The notes beneath the pieces were generated by a model. That model worked only from the letters and a program-made list of their open reading frames with translations, was not told where the DNA came from and ran no database searches. DNA of 63,498 nucleotides, counting the filler, from Dirinaria sp. TL-2023a (taxonomy: Eukaryota), in assembly GCA_051941275.1 (NCBI GenBank). It is 16 parts of 16 records of this genome, joined end to end, with 100 filler letters (N's around TTAATTAATTAA, not from the genome) between each part and the next. Parts side by side here need not be neighbours in the genome. Positions count along the whole stretch, not along the records: positions 51,755 to 55,605 come from JAVEBF010001955.1; positions 55,706 to 59,552 come from JAVEBF010001956.1; positions 59,653 to 63,498 come from JAVEBF010001957.1; 13 more parts are not named here. One strand, 5' to 3'. Within the stretch, counting starts at the first letter, position 1, and every line of letters begins with the position of its first letter. Both the position numbers and the translations under genes were made by a program. This document shows positions 54,238 through 63,498 of this stretch, one piece after another.

Positions 54238-55267
54238 ATGCTCATCGAAGGTCTACTTTCGCTCCTCTCCATACTCGCCGCCGCCTCAGCCCAAACCCCT
54301 TCCTCAAAACGTGGTCTCGTCTACGTACCTAATGAGAAGCATCCCAACGATGACCATTTCTGGGACTCCGCGACCAGCGATTTGACCTGGTATTACAACT
54401 ATGGCGCCACGCCGTCCCCAGCCTTCAACAACAACACTAAATTCGAATTCGTGCCAATGCTGTGGGGAGCGGATTCCGACCCCTCTTTCCTAGACGACGT
54501 CACGAACCTGATCAAAAGCGGCACGAACGTCTCCTACGTGCTAGGATTCAACGAGCCAGATGGCGGAGACAACGGTGGGAGCAACGTCGACCCCACCCAA
54601 GCGGCGCAGATATGGATCCGGGAGATCGAGCCCCTGAAGAAGCTGGGGGTGAAGCTCGGCGCACCCGCCGTCACTGGCGCCCCGTCCGGGTTCACCTGGT
54701 TACAGAACTTCTTCACGGCGTGCGCGGGTAACTGCAGCGCCGACTTCATCCCCGTACACTGGTACGGAAACTTCGAGGGGCTGGCGAGCCACGTGGGACA
54801 GGTCAATGCCACGTATCAGAACATGACGATGTGGGTGACCGAGTACGCGGACGCGAACGACAACAGCTTGAAGGATACCCAGAGCTTTTATAACCAGAGC
54901 TCGCAATTCTTCGACCGCATAGAGTGAGTGTCCCTTCTAAACCTTCCCTCCTTTCGTCCAACCAACAGTGGGCTTCGATCGAAACACAATCGAGCAATTT
55001 TGCTGACTGTAATTTGTTTGTCATAGCTATATAACGCACTACTCCTACTTCGGTGCCTTCCGCAGCAGCGTCTCCAACGTTGGCCCCAATTCCGCATTCC
55101 TGACCCAAGACGGCAAGCTGACCGATATCGGGAGCTGGTACCTGGGCGGGAAAGCCACAGGAAAGGTCCCGCACGGAGCAGCACCGGGGCGAACCGGTGT
55201 ATCTTCTGCCGGAGCCTATCTCGTACTTCTTGCCTTATCGATCAGTGTATGGAGCATTATACTATAG
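54238..55267 (+). CDS. GH128 (Asl1-like) beta-1,3-glucanase, signal peptide and probable GPI tail
   Basis: KRGL, WYYNY, EFVPMLWG, LGFNEPD, PVHWY, WVTEY, YSYFG, GKLTDIGSWY; intron at ~54924-55026. Confidence 0.92.
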
Positions 55268-56071
55268 ACGAAAGGAATGCCCGGTTGTCAAGCTAGGGTG
55301 GGCGTTAATCGGGACGGGGGTACGGATGGGGAAGTTATGGAAGAGGCAGCCTTCTTTGGGACCTACGATGCATGTTATCGGGTGGATGCATTGAGAAAGT
55401 AGAATTAGATATGCATATCCGGCGTTTTTCTTCCGGGGGTTTTATTTTCAGGTTCATAGACGGGGAGTTTGTAGATATGACAGCTAACCATTAATTCTAG
55501 ATCGAATCTGATGAAGAAATATTACAATCAACTATATTGTGAGACGGGCCTATATCAAATTACTATATCAAGGAACAGTATTGTAGGATAGACCATCGTA
55601 GTGTCNNNNNNNNNNNNNNNNNNNNNNNNNNNNNNNNNNNNNNNNNNNNTTAATTAATTAANNNNNNNNNNNNNNNNNNNNNNNNNNNNNNNNNNNNNNN
55701 NNNNNCAGAACATGATGAGACGACAGAAGCGACTTGAGAAGTTGACTAAAACAGACTCGAAGTATGCAAAGTCACTAGATATCAAAGAATGCATGCTGAA
55801 AGTGCAGAGAATGATAATGAGGAAGCTTGCTGTGGAACAAAATCACTTCGAAGAACTGACGATTCGTCTCGACTTAGATATTGAAGATCTCGAGGCACGA
55901 ATGCAAGAGACAGAAGAGACGATAAAAGCCTTGCATTATTGACGATATTGAAAGTGAAAAATGTTCAATTGATGGAAATTTACTTGCACGCACATGAGTA
56001 TATCAGACGTGTTCTTTTTAAGAATCATGCAGAGAATCAAGATGAAACGCATTCTTCATAATTCAGCTTAT

Positions 56072-58597
56072 TCAAGTAATCATATCTAATTCATCTTCAA
56101 ACTTCGTATGATCTTCGAATTGACGAATGACTGTCTCAACATTCGAATCTTTGATCTTGAGCACCGTCTGAAGTTGTTCAGAACGAGCTGCGTCAAGAAT
56201 AGCGATCGAAGATGTCATCTTTAGCCTTTTACTATTGTCAAGTGCAACAAATCGAGCTTTAGATGACAGCTCTAGCGCTGTGACCATAGACGTCTTGTCG
56301 AGAGAGTCCGCGTAACGCTTACAAAATGTGTTGTCTATCATGAGCGACAGCACGATGAACGAAGACTTCTTTCTCATGTCTCTACTAGTTTCAGAAAGTA
56401 GTCGCGAGGTCTCTGCAAAAGATACAACATCGTCATGATTCTGCTGATTGAGCGTCAAACTTAGAGGTTGAGATTGAGATGATTGAAGCTGACTTTCGTT
56501 TTCTTTCTCTGTGTTCGTTGAATCTTTTAATGTTAAAGAATGACGATTCGTCATTTGAATATCTTTATTGTCTTGATTGTCTATGCTGACATTCATTCCT
56601 TCATTGAACGTGTTCGTTGAATCTCTTAATGTTGAAAGATGAGAGTTCGTCATTTGAATATCTTCATCGTTTCGATTGTTTATGATGACATTCATCTCTT
56701 CATTGAACGTCTTAACATTATCATTCTTAATCACATCATCTCTCTCTTCGTTCTTAGCAAGTTCATTTCGAAGAATTGCTGAATGAGAATTTTGATCTAA
56801 GTCATCTTCTTCGGAGCCAAAGAAACTGTGAAAGAAGTCTCGCTTTACAGCAAAAGATGTCAGATAACGCTTAGACACGTTATCATAAGAGCTCGAGTAA
56901 ATGTGATCAAGAAAGAGACTTTCTTGATTCGCTTGAAAAGATTGATCGAATGATCTATCGCATCGATCAGAAATGTCTGATTCGCAGTCATCATGATCTG
57001 ATGTCAATTCAGAAATCATCTTCATCTTTTCGGCGTATGAAACGTTGCTTAAAAGCTGACAATTGAGCTGCACTATTCGACGCATGCGTGTTGAATCGAT
57101 CTGATAATACTTTGACGATAGAATGCTACGAACGCAATCCTCAACTGCCTTAGCATCCGCTGCTTCGCGATCTTGATATTTTCGACGAAGCTCACGATAT
57201 TCATTATCTGACGCGAGAGAAGAGAGCTCATGCCATCATCGATGCTGCATTCTCGAACGTGAATCGCTTTTCTTGACGCTCTCTTTTCGAGGCGCTTGAC
57301 GATTCATCTCGAGGAAATGACGAAGACTGAAGAGAAAAATCTGACGATACGACAGTCAGAAAGAATTATCGAAAGGCAACGGTAGATTCTTGAAAATGAA
57401 CTCGCTCGTCTGCATCTTCATGTTCGTCTGCTCATTGTGAAGAGCGCGAAATTGTTGAGATATCGAGCCCTTTTCGTTGATTGATAGAAGCTTCTTCAGA
57501 ATTCTGACGTCAAACTTCAGCCATTTCGAATCTTCGATACACATATATATAGATGAGATCATGTATTTCATCGAGCAGATACGCTCGAAGATCTCTGCGC
57601 GTTGTTTATTGTTCTTGATCGCAGAGAGAATATCTCCGACAAGCATTCGCATTTGAACGAAGACGCGATCTTCTGTCGATCGAAAAGAACATCGATCTTG
57701 CAAGATTGCAACTGTATTCGCGTCAAGTTGCAGTTGATCGTTCTCTTTGTCTTCGATGATGTGAGTTCAGATCTTCGTGATTCAACGCAAACAGCGAGTT
57801 AGTTCCTAAAAGCTTTCGTCAGAAAGCGAAGGGGCATCGAAAAGAAGTTACAAACCTTCGCACAATGCAAATTCAACAGTCGGAGAAATGTATCGACTTG
57901 CACTGACGACCATAGATCTGCAAACGAGATAAGGGCGTTCAGACTTTCTAAGAAGCTTCTCGGTAATGTCTTCAGTCGTAGAAGACACTTTCGCTTGCTT
58001 TTCGAAAGTCTGATGAGCCATTTCTCTCTTCTCAAAGAGTCATTCGCTAGCGTGAAAAATCGAATCTGTCGAACAATGTCCTCATCATATCACTTAGAAG
58101 CATTGAGGTCTTGTTCTCGCAATTCGTTCTTCACGAGAGAGTTAAGATCTAGAAATGTCAGCAAATGAGTCAGAGAATCGTAGATCAAACTTTGCATCAT
58201 CAGCGTATAGATCGACAATTCATCATCTGTCAGTCCCTTTAAGAAACTTGCGTGCCGCGTCTAGACGATGTCTTTCATGCAGAACTTGTAGAGAGAACTT
58301 CGATACAAATCATCGCGATTCTTCGAAGATGTTGATGTCGTCTCCGTCGAGGCGACTTGCATCGATTAGAGCGGAACGAGATATTAGCGCTGACACGTGA
58401 TTTTCAGACTCTCGAGACTGACAATCTTTCGCGCGAAACACGTTCAGCAATCTCGTGACGTTCTTCTCGTCTCGTTGCCTTGAATTGCTGAGAAAATCTT
58501 CACACTCGAGTTTGTCGAGAGGAATCTGGAAAGCCTCACAAAAGGTTCTGCTTTTCTCTCGAAACATCTGCAAATTCTTGATCGATAGATTTTTCAT
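56072..58597 (-). pseudogene. DUF3723-family gene (Starship-associated), mutationally inactivated
   Basis: RQRDEKNVTRLLNVF...ENHVSALI, LQVLHERHRLDAARKFL..DR**IVDLY, KWLIRLSKSKR, LISFADLW...TFLRLLNLHC match recalled DUF3723 motifs (LHGRHR, WW.VDLY, PFPGLW) after transitions. Confidence 0.78.
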
Positions 58598-61312
58598 TAT
58601 GATATCGGAATTTACATCTTACCTTCGTAGAATCTTATACGCATAAGCGATCAGTGTTGATTGTAAAGTCATCAAGAAGTGAATGTATCAGAACTCAACT
58701 GCGGTGATTTCATCTATCGTAACTCGACTTTGAATAATGAAAATCACAATCTGTGCTCACAATTCGTTCTTTCTTCTGAGTCTTAGTTCTTTTTAAAGTC
58801 TGTCACGCTGACTTGACGACGTCATTTACATGCGGCGAGTGCTCTGCATTTCTAACTATGATGTGCTCTGAAACTTCAGAGGTGTCAAAAACGACGATTC
58901 GTCATCTTTTAAAGACTGTCGTCGAAGATCAGAATAGAAGAGTCTCTGATGCGATTATAATACTTTTACAATCTCTGTCATTCGTTTTACTTCAAATTCT
59001 TCACGACGTCGCGTTGCGACATTCATGTCAAAGTATTCAAGTTCGATCTAAAAAAGATGAATTCGACACAATATTATGCTATTGTCGCAGACGACTGCAT
59101 CACTCTTTTATTTATTGTTCATACGCTGAATTATCTCAGTTGGCTTTTCGTATCATTTATGACATTACTGCGAAAACTTTTTCTGTATCCTTTTCTCCTC
59201 CGCCGACATCGATTTTTGAGGCCTTGAACTCGTGCTCAGATGACCTTCGAACTGATCTATTTTGTCGTCAACGCTTTCTGTACTTTCTTCAAGATCTCTT
59301 CTGCGAGCGACGCGGCTATTCGAGCGAGACATCTATCTTTAATCAACATGGTGTCGATCTATTTTGAATTTCATTTGAGCTTTGTTTGTACATTACTCGA
59401 TGTATTTCTATCAATCTATCGACTCTTTCATGCATCAATAGAAACGATGTCTATCATTCTTGATGTACTTCATGTCATCATCAGCGCGACAGCAAAGTCG
59501 AGTCTTGACACGAGAGGATCAAAGAAGATGTTTAAATTAACTGTTCGTTACTNNNNNNNNNNNNNNNNNNNNNNNNNNNNNNNNNNNNNNNNNNNNTTAA
59601 TTAATTAANNNNNNNNNNNNNNNNNNNNNNNNNNNNNNNNNNNNNNNNNNNNAAAGTGACGATCGCAGAGTAACGAGATTGACAGTCGCAGAGTAATGAG
59701 AGTGAATCTGATAACGATCGTGCTTCATATTCGAGTAGTAAGAGTGAAAAAATTCTAACAGCAGATATAAAAATTCTGACATGCATAAAAAAGTAAAAGT
59801 TTTCGAGTAACAAAGATGAAAAAGTTCGTGAGAGTTCGTTGTGACGTCGAAGTCGAGTATTGAAAATGATGATACTGTACAAACGTGAAGCAGATAAGAA
59901 ATCATTGACCAAGCATTTTTGAAAGTCTTCGAGTAACGAGATTAATTTTGATCATGAGGCAGACGTGAGTCTGTCGAGTAGTGAGCATATATGTATTAAT
60001 CATGATCCTGTCTTTAGAAAACGTGCTTTCGAGTGAGTGCGATTTGTCGAGTATCGAGAGTGATTTGACTTTGAATTTGACTGTTTCAGAGTGTATATTA
60101 GAGTAGCAAGCGTGCGCATAACGATGACGAGCATCTCTGTCTAGAGATATACGTCTGTGATCATGCATCGTGTCGAGCAGCAGATGTGATCTAAATTCGA
60201 TTTTGACTGTCTCGAGAGTGTTGATCGAGTAATAGACGTGATCATCCTCTAGTAAAAAACCTCAAAAAAGAATATTTTGCAAAAACGCTATGATGCGGCG
60301 TTTTATTTTGCGCATGTACGTATGTTCATGATTTTGAGATTAGATTGAACCTTTAGTACTTATAGAAAGATGTCAAACGATAGATTTGCGTTGCTTGACA
60401 TAGACAGACGTTTAAATAATGAATGTGCCTCAACTGAGTGCTTCAGTTGCTTTCGAATGAGTTCGAAGAGATCGTATATCAACTGAGTTCGTCGAGATAA
60501 TAAAGTAAAATCTAATGTGTTCATCAAAACGATCACGTGTATGTCAATGAGTTCGAGATATTTAGAACGATTTCGAGTGACAATGCTAACTATGATACGA
60601 GTATGCATCGTCTCTAATCGAGTTCGTCTTCGCGATAAAGATTTGTCTAAATGATACGCGAGAGCGTTAAAGTGCACTCAATAGATCGTTAACGAATCGA
60701 AAAATTCTATTCTTATGCACACGTTGCATGATAATTTTATGTCTTTAAATCAGTGAGATTCAGTTATTCGAAACTTTAAAATTTCAATGTAACTCGAACT
60801 TATCTGAATGCGCATAATGAAAATCAATTACAAGATTCGAGCATTTTTTCGCGTTCGTGTAGTTTTATCATATCGATTGTTAATTGTGATCGAAGTCGTC
60901 GACATAATGAATTTGATATTGAAATGAATTTCGTTGTTTTGTCGATTACGTAAAATTCGATTTAAGATCTCTTTTTCGCATGTAAGGGAACCACAGCACC
61001 TATAGATAGAAGGCATAATATTTGAAGATACTATAACTATATACGAGAATATTAGATATGAGGAGGAAAGTATTATGAATGCTGGGGACCTTATATATAT
61101 GCACTAGTGATCTAGATGTTGAACCCCCGAACCTCTAGCACTAATGATCTAGATATAGTGAACCCCTAAACACGAATATTGAATTCTGAACCCGTGACAT
61201 CATCTCTTCTTTCAAATTCGAACTTCGACGATAAATGTTTTAATTTTCTAACAATTGTACCGTGTAATATCGTATGTTGTTAACTCATAAAAAACTTTGA
61301 CGATGCAGTCAA

Positions 61313-61895
61313 TGAGATGTCTTTTGTAACAGACTTGCTACGTGATATGAGATGTTTTTGTAACAGATTTGCTGTGTGATATGAGATGTCTTTTGTAACA
61401 GATTTACTATGTGATATGTTTCTTCAAATCCGACGCTTCGACGATGATTTTAAAAATCGTCATCGTCATCGTCGTCGTTGTCGTCGTCTTCGATGCTGTT
61501 ATTGTTATAAAATTTTTTTTTCACTTCGTTTCGTAAATATTTATTCGTTTTTTGACTTGAATACTCTTTCTCGTTGTTCGAGTTTTACTCATTTTCTTGA
61601 TCTAAATGCTTTTTCTCATATTGATTTCTTTCTTTTGAGATAACTCTCTCATCGCTCGATTTTTCTTTCTCGCTTGGATCTTTCTTATCGTTTGGGTATT
61701 TCTTTTCTTCTGAGTATTCTGACTCATCGTTCGAGTAGTTCTGGTCTGAGTATTCTGTTGACATGATAAAATAAAATGTGATTTGAGAGTAAGAAGAAAG
61801 ATAAAAAGATAAAAAGATAAAAAGATAAAAAGATAAAAAGATAAAAAGATAAAAAAGAAGATAAAATAAGAAAAAAGATAAGAAAAAAAATAAAA
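61313..61895. repeat. Internal tandem repeats: ~34-35-bp unit x3 and (AAAAGAT)n
   Basis: TGAGATGTCTTTTGTAACAGA... repeated three times; 7-bp array at ~61797-61895. Confidence 0.85.
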
Positions 61896-62337
61896 AAGAT
61901 AATTTTTAGACGTTGAAGATGTTATTATGTGTTGCATAATATGTTTGTATATGATATTGACTTTTGTGTGTTATCAAGCATAAATGTGTTGCATAAAAAC
62001 AGAATTCTGAGACATGCAAATACGACTTCTCGAATTGTTGTTTGAGATCGAAAAAGTACTTTTCTTAATATTTTGTACTCATATTTTTTAAAACATGTCT
62101 CGTTTTGCATGATAGAAAGTTGTTTGATTTTTTATTGTCTGAATAATAACAATTTTTTGTCGCATGCGATATGCTTATTGTAAATGTTATTGAAGCAGAC
62201 TCATTTCTGATATTAAACATCGACATGTCGTTCGTTTTGTTTATCTTTTGACGAGAAGATTAAAATCTTTTTAAAACAGACTCACTGTTCTTTTCAGATC
62301 GCAGTTTACTGTCGAACTGCTCTTAAAACAGACTCAC

Positions 62338-62555
62338 TGTTAGGACCAGTGCAGAGCAAGTCAATGCAGGTATAGTTAACTAAGATATTATCACTAAGGA
62401 AGGAAGAAGAAGGAAAGCTAGATACAATAGGGGGTCCCGGATATATATGCGTGTGTGCGGGTGTCGGGTAGACACCCCGATCGGGTTAGCGCATTACCCC
62501 TGAGAACTCTGAGAGGTGTTGCCCCAGATAGTATACCAGGTGCATGCTCGTAACA
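62338..62555. mobile_element. 218-bp solo LTR nested in the TRIM-like element; TSD CTCAC
   Basis: TGTTA...TAACA flanked by CTCAC (62333-62337, 62556-62560); GG/CC retained. Confidence 0.92.
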
Positions 62556-63498
62556 CTCACTTTGATTCATATCTCGCGCACGAGTATATATTTAATCGAT
62601 CATTAGATTATTTTGTTTCTTCGTGTACGATGTATTCAGAATATTATTTTTTTTAAATCGCAGTCTGCTATCGAACTACTCTTAAAACAGACTCACTTGT
62701 TTTTCTCAAATCGCAGTCTGCTGCCGAACTGCTTTTAAAACAGACTCACTGTCGTTTTTTCGTGTGCGATATATTCAGAATTTTCTTTTTCAGAGCGAAA
62801 ACAAGCTTCTTTGCAAAAATTTACTGTAGTATCTTCAGCAATTTAGCTTCAAATAATGTCGATAATACGTTAAAAATACGAGACGTCTTCGATTTCTAAC
62901 AAATATCCGATATTATATAAAAGAGTCATAGTATCTATAAATAGAAAATATAATATTTGAAGATACTATGACTATGTACGAGAATATCAGTTTTGAGAAG
63001 AAAAGTACTATAAGTGCTGAGAATCCCATATATATGCACTAGTGATCTAGGTGTTGAACCCCTGAATCTCTAACACTGGTGATCTAGATGTAGTAAACCC
63101 CTAAACACGAGTATTGAACCCTCAACCCGTGACATCGCATGTTCATGCGCGAGTTTATTATGACGAGAGCATCGTGATGCGTATAACTCGAGATATGTAT
63201 CGACGACGAGAATTGATAACGCTGTTTTCTCAACGAACGACTGATGATTAAATAAAACAATCACGAATGAAAAAATGAGTGAATTGCTGTCATTGACTCA
63301 AACAACTAAAATTTATACGCGCTGTTGTTATCAATAATCTCAATAATTTAAACGAGTCGAGATTTTTATAATTCAAAGAATGGTTTGAGCGCGTGATCTC
63401 AATGTTTCGTTTATCGAGCATGATCATGTCGTCAACTTTAAATTCAGAGACGATCTTTCGCTGATTGTTAACGTACTCGACTTGCTTGACTTGAGCTC

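Larger units (their letters stand above)
3905..59652. other. 15 artificial 100-bp contig linkers (N44-TTAATTAATTAA-N44) starting at 3905, 7909, 11911, 15912, 19910, 23897, 27876, 31850, 35818, 39783, 43741, 47699, 51655, 55606, 59553
   Basis: Identical linkers carrying a six-frame stop. The segments between them fall monotonically from 3904 to 3846 bp, i.e. size-sorted contigs. Confidence 0.98.
60981..63134 (-). mobile_element. Non-autonomous LTR element (TRIM/LARD-like): 219-bp LTRs at 60981-61199 and 62916-63134; TSD TCGCA
   Basis: Colinear 219-bp direct repeats that differ mostly by transitions. TCGCA on both flanks. Polypurine tract on the minus strand at 61200-61213. Non-coding interior. 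Confidence 0.9.
60700..63498 (-). mobile_element. Decayed chromoviral Ty3/Gypsy integrase C-terminus and chromodomain, split by a nested element
   Basis: AQVKQVEYVN..EFKVDDMIML..ITRSNHSLNYKNLDSFKII..SAYKF*LFESM..IHSFFHS*L (GPF region, 63135-63498) continues after the insert as FQYQIHYVD...LVIDFHYAHSDK. Confidence 0.85.

Noticed and set aside
45461..55267. Phytase + secreted protein + NAS as a nutrient-acquisition cluster
   Set aside because: They lie on three different contigs separated by linkers.
61602..61937. 111-aa hydrophobic ORF
   Set aside because: Translation of the (AAAAGAT)n array.

Overview
Eukaryotic (filamentous ascomycete) DNA with spliceosomal introns. A lichen-forming Lecanoromycete is plausible from the gene content, but that is inference. 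The window is not one locus: it is 16 unrelated ~3.85-3.9 kb contigs joined in descending-length order by 15 artificial N44-TTAATTAATTAA-N44 linkers, so gene order across linkers is meaningless. Gene-rich contigs carry MCD4, SSZ1, RRP40, an ARO8-like aminotransferase, FOL1-like HPPK-DHPS, a nitronate monooxygenase, a phytase, a polyol-type MFS transporter, nicotianamine synthase, GH128, a PPPDE-like peptidase, a caspase-like/SH3/Zn-finger protein and several secreted proteins. Repeat contigs hold decayed Ty3/Gypsy elements, a DUF3435 tyrosine recombinase (Starship captain-like) relic and a DUF3723 relic. There are two main signals. (1) The repeats are mutated in a RIP-like way that removes CC/GG (CpC->TpC) while keeping CpA/TpG and CpG, unlike canonical CpA RIP. 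(2) A family of 130-142 bp TG...CA elements with exact 5-bp TSDs and conserved hairpins, plus 218-219 bp LTRs, is nested in these repeats, and most of these short elements largely escape the mutation.
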